The notes under the pieces: model-generated | What the model was told of the DNA's origin: nothing | Seen by the model: the letters and a program-made list of their open reading frames with translations, nothing else | Databases searched by the model: none | Origin: Camelus dromedarius | Lineage: Eukaryota | Assembly (NCBI RefSeq): GCF_036321535.1 | Contig: NC_087460.1 | Location: 5,022,001-5,086,000 of the forward strand | DNA: 64,000 bases | Reading direction: 5' to 3' | Shown: one piece after another, positions 17,986 to 35,691 of the stretch | Numbering within the stretch: position 1 is the stretch's first letter | Layout of the letters: each line of letters begins with the position of its first letter | Program-made: the position numbers and the translations under genes

Positions 17986-19759
17986 TTAGGCCAGTGCCTT
18001 GTCATTATCTGCTGGTCTGGGCTGCACTGTTATCACTTTGGACTGGTTTGTTAGTCTGGTTGGTCTGGAATGATGGTGGGGCTGGGCCAACGATCCTGAA
18101 ATTCACCCTGCAAGCCCATCCTAGAAAGCCTTGCAACCCAAGTGTATTCCTTCTGAGATCCTCCTGGTATTGCTGCACGAATTTCTTTTCCTGGTCTTAC
18201 TTAGAGACTCTTCCCCTGTTTCTCCTGTTTCCACCTCCCCAGTCTGGCCTTTATCGCTTGGCTTTTGCAGTAAGATGCTGAAGGTGAATTTGCTTAGTGT
18301 TTTCCAGATACATAGTAGGTGCTTTATAAACCTGAGTTATAGTGACTGGCTCTTGGGGCAGGAAGGAGGGTGGCTCAGCTCGCTGGTGCTAACATATGCT
18401 CCAGGTTCAGGAACGTGTATATAACCCAACCCTAGCTTCTCTCTCTCCTGCCCCTCCTTATCCCCAGGGTCACCTACCATTTTATGACTGCTTTTCTCCT
18501 TCAGAGCTACTCATTGCTAATTTTATCAGATTTTAGCTGATTAACAAAGTTGAGGTGGGGCAGGGGCACCCTATGATTGTTCTGTTCTGGTACATCCCTG
18601 CCTTTCTCTGACCTTTGGGATCCCCTGGCTCTCACAATGAACAGGTTCTGTGATGGGGCGGAGGGAGGAGCATCTCCTTTAGAGGGGCTGGCAAAAGCAC
18701 ACCAGTCACAGTCATCCCTGGGGTGCTTTGTTAAGATTGTTTTCCCCTTTTGTTATGTTGGGTTTTGTTCTTTGGATTTTGGGGGGTTGACAGTATTTGA
18801 AAATGAATTTACACAACTCAAAAAATGTGGTAATAGTTGTAGTTGAAGAGAAATGGCTGGTTTACTGGGCAGAGCGTCAGTCATAAGTTTAGAAGACCTG
18901 GGCTCTGTCCCAGCTATTTTGTGACTCCAGGTAAATTGTTAGTAAGTTCCCTGGAAGGGTGAGGCTCGCCCCTCACTGCAGGCCTCAGTAGGGTTCAGTG
19001 GAGGTGAGTAAGAAGTATTGCTCTGTATTCCTTGTGGAAAATGTGCTATAGAACGTGGAGATGCTGTTTTCCTAGCCAGGCCTAACAGGTGGGGAAGCTC
19101 GCTCTGTTCCCATGCAGGCCAGCAGCACTTCATTCAAGAAGACCTACTGAAGTTAGCGGGTTTAAAGGTCAGTAAGGAACAGACCATAACAGCCATATAT
19201 GCATGGCATCAGTGGGGGACACAGAAAGGAAGAAAACAGTAAGAGGATACCATTTTTGTTCTCAAAAGATCTTATGGTTAGTAATATGGAGAGATGTGAC
19301 ACTTGGCAAGATATACAAATAAGTGCAAATGACAATGGCTGCCTGTGTTGATATGGCTGTATAAAGAAATACATAGATACAGATCGGCTGTGAGGAGGCG
19401 TGAGTCCCTGTCTCAGCCCGTGGGATTTGTATGTTTGTCTTGTGTGTTCATCGATATTCGCTGATTTGGGTGGTAAAGCCAAAGCCCTGACTTCTCCCGT
19501 AGCCTTGGGAACCCAAGCCCTAGCGCTGCGGGTGGGGAGGTCTTATGAGACTCCCACAAATGAAGTTCTGCACTCTGGGGTACCTCGGTTTGGTCTCAGG
19601 ATGGGTAGGGCCGTGCGCCTTTGCCTTGTAGAATGGGACATTCTTCTCCCACCTACTCTGTTGTGAGAAAAGATTCCTTTCATATCTCTGGACTGATCTA
19701 GGCCCTCTGAGAATTCCCCCCCACTGACTTCTGATGAGAGTACAGCTAAGTACTGAAGA

Positions 19760-19990
19760 AAGAGCTTTGAGTCATTGAGATGAGGCTTGGTTCCGGGGCC
19801 GACACTGCTTCCTCCCTGTGTATCCATCACATGAAGCTGGGCGAGTCACGGTCATAATCTATGCTCCTCAGTTTCCTCACCTATATAATGGGGATATTAA
19901 GAATACCTGCTTTTCAGGAGTGGTTGTACGTATGAAATGAAATTGGATATGTAAGGGCTTGACATAAAGGCACTCAATAAATCAGCTAAT
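19760..19990 (+). mobile_element. MIR SINE
   Basis: ctcagtttcctcacctatataatggggatattaagaatacct...ggcactcaataaa; approximate. Confidence 0.7.
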
Positions 19991-20462
19991 ACCTCAGCTA
20001 CGTTTCCTTATGCTCCTTTGTAAGGCTCTATGGAATTCGTGTGCGTGCGTGTATCTCCTTGGGGTCGTGGAAGCTGAAACAGTGTGGTCTCCGGACTTGG
20101 GGCGCATGGGCACATCTGAGTTTTCTGCCTTCCCCAGAGATGAAAGAGATGAAATTGTGAGCAGCGTTTCCTTCGTGAACAGATAGCTGGGGAGACCCAC
20201 AGGGTGCCGGTGCCTTATAGCCCGTGGCAAGCGCAGTAGTGTCCCCTTCACACTCTGGTCCCCAACTTGGAGGCTCTTATGGTCTTTTCCCAACAGGCTT
20301 CCCTGAAAACAGAGCCGGCAAGTTCCAGGTGCCCATACCGGAAACTTGCAGATCCTGCCTCCTGCTTCCCAGGCCACAGCGGTGGGGGACTTAGGGTGAA
20401 GCAGTAAGTTTCTGTATTCAGCTGCCCAGGCGGAGGAGAATGGGGTCTCCACAGCCTGAAGA

Positions 20463-27233
<6,771 letters not shown>

Positions 27234-28345
27234 TGAGCAGAGGGAGGAAGGAAGGGACAGATGGAAGGCCAAGGCTCCTGTGGTGTGCGGAGGTGGGGAG
27301 GTGGCGGGGGTGGGGGCAGAAAGCGCACAGTATCTTGGACCAGGTCCCTCTCCCTTGTCCCCCCCGGCTTTCTTCCTCCCTGACGTCCAACCCCGTGGCC
27401 ACCGCCCCTCCCCGACCCCGTTGGTGTGATTATTTCATCTGTTAGATGTGGCTGTTTTGCGTAGCATCGTGTGCCGCCCTTTCCCCTCCCCAGTCCCCGT
27501 GTGCGCGCCCCCACTGCGATGTATGCCCCTTCCCCCACATTAATAATTTATATATATAAATATCTATATGACGCTCTTTAAAAAACATCCCAAACAAAAC
27601 CAACCAAACAAACAAAAAAATCCTCACGACTCCCCAGGAAGATGGCTGTGACTGTTTCTTTGTGNNNNNNNNNNNNNNNNNNNNNNNNNNNNNNNNNNNN
27701 NNNNNNNNNNNNNNNNNNNNNNNNNNNNNNNNNNNNNNNNNNNNNNNNNNNNNNNNNNNNNNNNNNNNNNNNNNNNNNNNNNNNNNNNNNNNNNNNNGGC
27801 GCCCGGAGAGAAGGCTGTGGGACCACTGGAGATTAGCCTGGAAGTGAGTAGGGACCCTGGAGAATTGGAGAGGGGATCTCGAACAACGTGGAGCCCGGGC
27901 TCCGCCAGAGTGGGTACCGGTGCTAGTCCCGTCCTTCTAGGAAGTCGGGATGCTGGCGGCCTGGGACAGGCACGTCTCTACGCCCTCCAAGGAACTTCTC
28001 AGACTTAGGAGACGTTTCTGCCACTGGTCCCATAGCTCGGAGCCACCAGTCCTGAATCCTCTCCGAAGAATGGTTAGAAACGGTGATAAAGCAGAGGTGC
28101 AGGGGCGTGGCTGCAATAGGTTGAAGCGATTAGAACCCGGGAGTGGGTTTTAAGAGGGAGTGGGTGACAATTTCAGAAGGGAAGGGAAACAAGAAGGCGT
28201 TAGCACACACTCCTACACAAGGCCATTTTAGGAAAGCGCAACAGCCGATTTAGCGCCCAGTTTTTATTGCTGCGAAGCTCTGTCTTGCTTCTTAAAAACT
28301 AAAGGGGAGTGTCTGACTTCTTTCTCAGCCAATCGGCATCGGCTC

Positions 28346-28353
28346 ATTTGCAT
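28346..28353 (+). promoter_or_regulatory. U7 distal sequence element, octamer ATTTGCAT
   Basis: About -205 from the U7 start, the usual DSE position; CCAAT at 28329-28333. Confidence 0.8.
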
Positions 28354-28490
28354 AGGCTTGTATCAAACGTTCACAAATCCTAGAAAGAAAAATTTGAGGG
28401 CGTTCTTTAGAATACTGTTTTTCCCTTTGAAAGTTACAGCGTGCCTCGTCGCTTGTACAGCAATAGGGGTTAGGAAGCCCCAATCGGAGC

Positions 28491-28509
28491 TCACCCTCAC
28501 CAATAGTGG
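28491..28509 (+). promoter_or_regulatory. U7 proximal sequence element (PSE) TCACCCTCACCAATAGTGG
   Basis: TCACC-led element at about -61 to -43 of U7. Confidence 0.8.
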
Positions 28510-28551
28510 AGTTAGTGGCTATGCCGACTTCTCCTCGGGCTCACATTCCCT

Positions 28552-28611
28552 AGTGTAACAGCTCTTTTAGAATTTGTCTAGCAGGCTTTCCGGTCCTCAC
28601 CGGAAAGCCCC
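28552..28611 (+). ncRNA. RNU7-1: U7 snRNA (histone pre-mRNA 3' processing)
   Basis: AGTGTAACAGCTCTTTTAG 5' arm; U7-specific Sm site AATTTGTCTAG 28571-28581; perfect 11-bp stem 28584-28594/28599-28609; PSE, DSE and 3' box present, so a functional gene rather than a retrocopy. Confidence 0.95.
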
Positions 28612-28621
28612 CGCGTACGTC

Positions 28622-28636
28622 GTTTATAACAATAGA
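28622..28636 (+). terminator. snRNA 3' box GTTTATAACAATAGA
   Basis: About 11 nt downstream of U7, resembling the GTTT-N-AAARNNAGA consensus. Confidence 0.7.
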
Positions 28637-28860
28637 ATCCTTTTCATTGGGGTGCGGTACTTTTCGTTTGCTGGCCTTGTTAGGTGCTGTGTGTTCTGTT
28701 CCCGAGAGTTCGTAGTGGGGAAGGTTCGGACGCTTCCGGCGTCGACTGGTGCAGCTTCCCTTCCACCCTCTCCACCCCCACCCAGCTAGAGAGCCTGTCT
28801 AGCAGGCGGCTCGGTGCTTTTGAGCGTTCTCAGAGGCGCTGCACGTGCATCTTTTGTCCT

Positions 28861-30351
28861 ATGGCGTCCGCCTCGGCCCAGACCGCCTCTCTGAGTGCGG
28901 AACAGGCCAAGGGTGAGAAGCCTCTGAGTAACCGGGTGGGCTTCCTTGCGGGAGGAGGGTGCGGGCGGGAGGAGGGTGCGGGCGGGAGGAGGGTGCGGGC
29001 GGGAGGAGGGTGCGGGCGGGAAGAGCTGGGGCGAGAGATGTGGCTGCGTTCGCCGGGAACTGGGGGCGCGCGGTGCTATCCTCCCGCTCTTAAGAGAGGT
29101 CCTTTCCTCTCTAGAGGGAGGGATTTGGGGCCCTAGTTCATCGCGTTAGTACCGTGTCAGTCCACTAATTCCCTGCTCTCTTCCCTGCACTCTCGGCTGG
29201 GCCTGTCGGCGGTGCTCTGATGCCTACCGGGACTCCCGCCTGGGATTCATCTGCCGCACAGTGGTCCTGGCCGAGGTGATCCAGGCGTTCTCGGCTCCGG
29301 AGAACGCCGTGCGCATGGACGAGGCTCGCGACAATGCGTGCAACGACATGGGCAAGATGCTGCAATTCGTGCTACCCGTGGCCACGCAGATTCAGCAGGA
29401 GGTTATCAAAGCCTATGGCTTCAGCTGCGACGGGGAAGGTGGGTCGGACGGCGGTCGGGGTGGACTGGGTTGGGGAAAGGGCGATAGAGCCGTCGTTCCC
29501 TTTCTGGCCACACGGCGGCAGCCACAATCTAACAGTATTGGCACTCAGAGATCCAGGGTCTAGTGTGAACCTGAGCCAGGCGAAATCCTAAGTGTATTTT
29601 ACAGTTATCATTGATTATACTATTATCCTATTTTAAGATGAGGAAACAGAATCTAGTAATAAACTGCCGGAGGTCACAGCAGAGCTGGACCTGAACCCCT
29701 TCTCGTGCAGAGATGTCTGCATAACAGCACACTTCTGCAGCCCCTTCAAGGTGTTTCAGCTAATCTCTGAGGGCTAGCAATTCAGTTTCTTTGATGAGGG
29801 CGTGGTGTTTCCCGAGGGTGTTTATTGATTCAATCCAGCTGGCCCACAGCCCTCCTGTATCCTGGTCATAGACCGGTGATCTTGTGGGCGTGCATACTTT
29901 TGGGTCTTGTGATGAAATTGCTAAAATGGTTCACCTGATAGTGAGAATCACAATGCTTTGGGATATTTTCATTCACTGCATCCCATCCAGTTGTGCCTGG
30001 TGTAGACCAGGAAGTGGTTTATCGAAACCTCACAGGGCAGAGGCCTGCATGTGTCTTGTTTGGCAGACAGCTACCTGGCTACCAGAGGGGTGGCAGCCAG
30101 TGACTCATGCTCACACTGCCTCCAGCCACCGTCTCCCGTTCTGTCTTGGACTCATCTGTCCCCTGGGGTTGTGGGTTAATTCTCCGCTCACCCTTGCAGG
30201 TGTCCTTAAGTTTGCCCGCTTGGTCAAGTCTTACGAAGCCCAGGATCCTGAGATTGCCAGCCTGTCGGGCAAGCTGAAGGCGCTCTTCCTGCCTCCCATG
30301 ACCTTGCCACCCCACGGGCCTGCTTCAGGTGGCAGCGTGGCCGCCTCCTGA
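28861..30351 (+). CDS. C12orf57: C12orf57/GRCC10 (protein C10, Temtamy syndrome gene), 126 aa
   Basis: Exons 28861-28912, 29262-29438, 30200-30351 total 381 nt; MASASAQTASLSAEQAKVVLAEVIQAFSAPENAVRMDEARDNACNDMGKMLQFVLP...GGSVAAS*. Confidence 0.96.
28948..29021. repeat. 17-bp minisatellite (GCGGGAGGAGGGTGCGG) x4.3 in C12orf57 intron 1
   Basis: Four identical units 28948-28964, 28965-28981, 28982-28998, 28999-29015 plus a partial unit. Confidence 0.95.
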
Positions 30352-30406
30352 GTTGGCCCTCCCATGACACTGCCAGGGAAGGGAGAACCTTGGTGTTCTG
30401 GAAGAT

Positions 30407-30412
30407 AATAAA
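30407..30412 (+). terminator. C12orf57 poly(A) signal AATAAA
   Basis: 55 nt after the stop codon. Confidence 0.7.
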
Positions 30413-31063
30413 TGTGCCTGATACTTAGCCTTGGTGTCAGTCTTTTGTGACCCTGACAACCCTTGTGTCCTGGTCCGGTTCCCTTTGCCTTTCAGGCCAT
30501 TCCATCTCAGTCCAGATCCTTTCTGGGATCCAGGGCAGGGTGGGAGGATGGGCTGGCCCCCAACACCCCGGGTGGGTGGGCCTGCACCGGTGGCACCTCC
30601 TCTGAGGAGTGGGGCTTCCTGAACTTTTCCTGAGGCTTCTAGGCTTCTGTGCCCTGAGAGGCTTCCCCATTGGCTGATGTTCCCCTGGCCAAGGTTACTT
30701 CCTGATCTTTGCCCCCACCCACCCCCTCCCGTTCTGTCATTTTGTCTGCTGAAACTCCAGGTGGCTCCTCCCCTCCCGAGGGAAGGAGGCCCTGGACAGG
30801 CAGGCAGAGCTGGGGCTGCAGGGAGAAGCCAGCTGCTGTGGGCGGTCTGAGGCCAGCCCCACCCCACCTGCCCCTTTTCCAGGGACATTTAGTCCAGGGG
30901 CTTGTCCCTGTGGTGCCTTTGGCCTGGTGGGCAGCCTTGAGAGGGAGGTGGCTGAGTTCTGAGTGCTCTTCCTCACCTGGCTTGAGCTGCTGCACAGCTG
31001 CGTCCCCAGCTTGGCCCCGCCCCCTGTGGCCTTCTGCCTGTGACTCCCCACCCCTCTGGGGAG

Positions 31064-31077
31064 ATGCTGTCCCACGG
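31064..31077 (+). CDS. PTPN6: PTPN6 distal (P1, epithelial-type) first coding exon, MLSHG-
   Basis: ATGCTGTCCCACGG|GTAAGT; phase 2 joins exon 35786 in frame to give MLSHGWFHRDL; human P1 form recalled as MLSRG. Confidence 0.85.
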
Positions 31078-31524
31078 GTAAGTCCCCTGCTCCACCTGGG
31101 CGCCACAGTCTCCTGATCTTCTGGGAGGGGAGGGCAGTGTTCATGCTCACTCCTGACAGGTATGTGCCCGTGAGTGTGATCTGTCCCTGTCCCCTGCCTG
31201 GGGTCTGCTTCCTGTCCTACTTACCGCGTCACCCAAGATGCCAGGAGCTCCAGGCTCATTCACGCACCTCTGCCCTGCTCCCCCCAACCTTCTCTAGCAC
31301 TTTCCCCCTGACAGATGACACTTATTTTCACCATTGTATTTCTCTCTCCACCCTCTGGTCCCTGCTTCTGCCATCTACTTAGGACCTGTCCCCCTGGGTA
31401 GCCCTCATCACCTGCAACATTACACGTCTGCAAGGCAGACCTGAGAAAGCTCCCTAGTTCCCACTCAACTTCCCAACGTCCTTCATTCCGCTTTCCTTCA
31501 GTTTCCCTTCACACTGCGTCCTCT

Positions 31525-32200
31525 GCATCATTCATCCCACAGATACCCACTGAGCGTCCAGTATATGCCAGGGGCCTTTAAGGTGCTGCCAACACTGTAG
31601 CAAACAAGACAGAATCCCTGTGCTCACGAAGCTTCACTCCAGGGGGAGGCGACAGCCTGCATGAAGAGCCATCAAAAAGGATAATTGCAGATTTTCAGAC
31701 GTATTACCCAGAAAATGAAACAGTTTCACGTGGCCAGCAAGTGACTGGGGTGCCAATGGCATCTGTAGCTGGAGGTCAGGGAGGGCTTTCCTGAGCAGGT
31801 GACATGGGAGCTGAGACCTGGATGAGGAGGAAGAGCCAGCCTCCAGCCTCCAGGCCAGCGCCCCTGGGCAGAGGGAATGGGCAGTGCAAAGGCCCCCCTG
31901 TGGGAACAAACAAAGTAAGACAGTGCCTGCAGCAGAGCAGGCCAGTGGGGAGGGAGCCAGGGCCCGGGCAGGACCAGGCCTTGCTGGAGTTTGTGTTTTT
32001 TTGTTTTTTGAGGCTTTTGGGGGGGGGGTAATTAGGTTTATTTATTTATTTTGATGGAAGTCCTGGGGATTGAACCCAGGACCTTGTGCATGCTAACCAT
32101 GTGCTCTGCCACTGAGCTATACCCTCCCTGCCTTGCTGGAGTTTGGATATTCCAGTGAGGACCAGCTTGGTGGGTTCGTGAGTTGGAAGGTTGGTCGCCC
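31525..32200 (-). mobile_element. L2 fragment interrupted by a younger SINE
   Basis: L2-like phrases (cattcat..., agggctttcctgagcaggtgacatgggagctgagacctgg, cagagggaatgggcagtgcaaaggc) continue on both sides of the SINE; approximate. Confidence 0.6.
31994..32129 (-). mobile_element. tRNA-derived SINE (camelid Vic-1-like), full length with 16-bp target-site duplication
   Basis: Minus strand GGGAGGGTATAGCTCAGTGGCAGAGC...GGTTCAATCCCC (A/B boxes) then AAATAAATAAACCTAATTACCCCC and A-rich tail; TSD GCCTTGCTGGAGTTTG at 31978-31993 and 32130-32145. Confidence 0.9.
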
Positions 32201-33960
32201 TCAAATCCTCAGGTCCTTGCTTCTCACTCTCACACCTGCCCCTCCTTTCCGTGTGCCCTACCTCCCCCAGGTGCACGGGTTTTTTCCTTCAGCCCTGATG
32301 ACCAGGTTCTCAGCCAGTCTTCTGGTCTCTGATCCCTTCCACACACCTGCCTCCATCATTTTCCTGCCAGACAGTTGGCCAGGCCTCTCTTGGTACAGAA
32401 TCCTTCCTGGGTTGCTCAGCTGGGCCCTGTGAGACCCTCTGCCATGGTTCCCAGCCTCTCAGCAGCTCAGCTCTGCCACAGTGCTCTGCTCAGAGCATCC
32501 TGGGCCTGCCACCTGGGTGCCCTGGCCAATGTTGGGTCTGCCAGAGCACCAGCCCCTCTGGCCTCCGTTGTGGGCTGAGCGCCAGGCCCACCTCTTCCTC
32601 CAGCAGCAGGTGGTGTGGTGGGAAGGGCAGTAGACTCTGGTGTCACACAGAGTCTTGGTTTGTCGTCTTCCCACTCACTAGCTTGTGACCTTGGGCAAGT
32701 AACTTCTCTGAGCCTTAGTTTTTGTTTCTAAAATTGGGCTAGCAAGACGTACAAAATAGGGTTGGCATGTGGATTAATAACATCACATGAAAGCTGTTTG
32801 TGCTGAAAGTCTATTTTCTATTAGCTTTTTATGGCAGCATTTGGGCAATCTTGTTAAGCCCATTTATCAGGTAGGGGTCCTGAGGCTTGGAGAACTTCAG
32901 TAACTTTCCAGCGATTATTTCACTTTGTGCTTCCAGACTGCCTGTCTTTCCACATCATCATTGAGCTCCACCTCTCCCTTTATTTCCTTGCTTCCCAGGT
33001 AAAGGATTTTCTCTTCTGAATTAGTAGGCACTTATTTTTGCAACTCTCAGCTTCCTCGAGCCTGTTTTCTTTCCCTTAAAAAAGGAATCGGGAACGTAAC
33101 TCCCACATCACAGGGATGTTCAAGGCCCAGGTGGGATTGTGTGTGTGCACTTGCTCTGCGAACTCCAGACCCTGTGTGTCATGGTTATTATTTATTTTCC
33201 CGACAAGGGACAGCAGAGACTGTACACCTTAGTGTTCATCTTCTGGCTTGACGTCTTTCAGAGGAATTCCTGCCTCTATCATGGTCAGGAGTTTCTGGGT
33301 GGCTAGTAGTTTCTCCCCACTGAGTGGTTTAAGCCCCAGAAGGAGAGTGGCCTGTGGCCAGGGTGCAGCGGGTGTTTAGTGCTGAGCATGGATCTGCAAC
33401 TTCATGTGTGGTTGGGATGCTGGGGCCACGTGTGGTTATTTGCAGGTCTGTGTGTAGATGGACATGGATGATGAGGTGTATGTGGTGGGACTGTGTGTGC
33501 ATAAGTGATGCTTGTGTGTGCATGTGTGTGTATTTGACAAACAGGGTGTGGACATGCAGGGCCTGGCTGGGCTTGTGACCATGTATGTGCATGGGGACTT
33601 AGGAGCTTGTTTATTGGACATATACTCTGTGTGTGTCATCGTGCTAAAATTTGACAACTTGGAGGTGAGCCAGACTGGTGGTGGACCCCACTGTGGTAGA
33701 GGCCCACACTCTTCCTGCCCCCTGCTGTGGGAGGGAGTTCATGGTCTTTCAGGGCAGCTGTCCAAGACTGAAGGTAGTCAGTGTGCAATAAACAGACCAA
33801 GCAATGTCCCCAGGGCACCAGAAAGAGGGAGAGAATGTAGCCCTTTTTGGGGGCAGGGAAATTGATGTTTGATGTTTCAAAAAAATGATAAAGTCATTAT
33901 AAGAAAAATAGACTTCTGCTGGGCTTGAACATTTTGTTATTTATTTTCTCTCTCTCTCTT

Positions 33961-34035
33961 TTTTTTTTTTAATGGAGGTACTGGGGATTGAACCATGCTA
34001 AGCATGCACTCTACCATCGAGCTATACGCACCTCC
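33961..34035 (-). mobile_element. Same SINE family, internally deleted copy
   Basis: aatggaggtactggggattgaacc-atgctaagcatgcactctaccatcgagctatac with poly(T). Confidence 0.85.
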
Positions 34036-34904
34036 TACTTTTCCTTATTTTTTCTGAGGCATAGCGTACATGTGAATATTGAGCATACAGTCTGGTGATC
34101 ATCGCATTCACTGACATCCGTGTATAGCACCACCCCGATCACGACGTAGAGCATTCCCAGCCCCAAGAAGTGTCCCAGAAATTGCCATCTCCTAGTTTCC
34201 TTATTTTTATAAAGGCAATGCATGCCCATAATATAACCTTCAGAAAGGTGGAGAGGAGAAGGGAACGTCCCTCCCAGCCCTCTCCTCCGGCCACCCAGCC
34301 CCCTGCCCTAGGGAAGCCAGCTGCAGGAGTTTCTCGTCAATCTTTGGTTGGGCTTCTTTCCTCCTGCTTTGGTTTGGTGGTGCTTGTGTTTGCATTTGGA
34401 ATTACTGGAAGTATCATGAGCTTTTAGTATTTAGGGCTTCTCCAGGCCAACCAGCCCTGAGAATAAGCCACGGCAGGGCCTGGGCCCCCAGCCCTAGGAG
34501 ACAGGCCCCAGGTCAGAGTCCAGGGCTTTGGCCAATTCAGACCAGACCCCTTGGCAAGAACCTACAGCTCAGGCCTAGGGTGGATGCACCCATAGGGGCT
34601 GGCGGCTCTGCTCCCACCTGCTTCCCTAGGTCTGCTTTCCCCCCTCCAATTCCTTTCCTCACCCAACTGCAGGGTTGGGGCAGGGGTGGGGGGCAGGCAA
34701 AGCCTGAGGATGAGAGGCAGAGGAGATGCCAGCTGGACAGGGCTGCTCAGGGGTCATCCCTCTGCCCCTGGGCACCTCTTCAGATGTGTGTGTCGGGGGT
34801 GGAGGGCACCTGTCCCTCTGTGGGCATCTGCACTGGCTTGAAAATCAGGGAATCTTCCTCCCACTGCAGCCCCAGTTGAAGTCTCCCAACCTCTATTCTC
34901 TGAA

Positions 34905-35165
34905 GCCCGGAGGCCTAGCATACAGTAGCTAAAATCACTGGCTTTGGAACCAGACCGTCTGGTTTTCATCCCGTTGCTACCACTTACTGACTGTGTGACC
35001 CCGGGCGAGTTCCCAACCCTCCCTGAGCCTCAGGTTCCTTGTCTGGAAAGTGGGGATAATGAAGCCACCTGCTACATAGGGCTACTTTGAGGAACAGGTC
35101 AGATAAGGGCCATAAACAACGTAAGCATGGTGCCTGGTAAACAGTCACACTCCACTAATGATAGA
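34905..35165 (+). mobile_element. MIR SINE
   Basis: ctaccacttactgactgtgtgaccccgggcgag...ctgagcctcaggttccttgtctggaaagtggggataatg; approximate. Confidence 0.7.
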
Positions 35166-35691
35166 TGTCACCATCACTGTTATTACTGGCTTGGACCAGA
35201 GAAGGCTGTGTGGACACAGCTGGTGGAGCAGGCAGAGATGGCATGTGACCGTGTGGGTTCACAGTACAAGCGTGATCGTCTCCCGGAGTGGGCGAGGCGC
35301 ACCAGAGTCCTTGTTCGTGAGACGCTGTCCCGTCCCGGGTGTGAGGTGCCAGTGCCAGGCTCCTGAGGCCTTTGATGGCAGACGTGTGGGAAGTGGGCCC
35401 CGTCCCCACCCCCACTGCCACCCGGCTCTGNNNNNNNNNNNNNNNNNNNNNNNNNNNNNNNNNNNNNNNNNNNNNNNNNNNNNNNNNNNNNNNNNNNNNN
35501 NNNNNNNNNNNNNNNNNNNNNNNNNNNNNNNNNNNNNNNNNNNNNNNNNNNNNNNNNNNNNNGCGGCGAGGTGGCCTGGGTGCTGCGAGCCCGCAGGCTT
35601 TGCCCCAGCGTTCTCGGCCTGCCCAGACTCAGCGGCACCCGCTGCGGCCTGCATCCCCTCCCCCGCTCCGGGGACACCCCCCCCCCCCAGG

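Noticed and set aside
33380-33640. TG-rich stretch yielding His/Thr- and Cys/Val-rich ORFs in PTPN6 intron 1
   Set aside because: Degenerate simple repeat, not coding
35677-35688. C12 homopolymer before the PTPN6 P2 start codon (and C15 at 43533-43547)
   Set aside because: Homopolymer lengths are error-prone and there is no evidence of function
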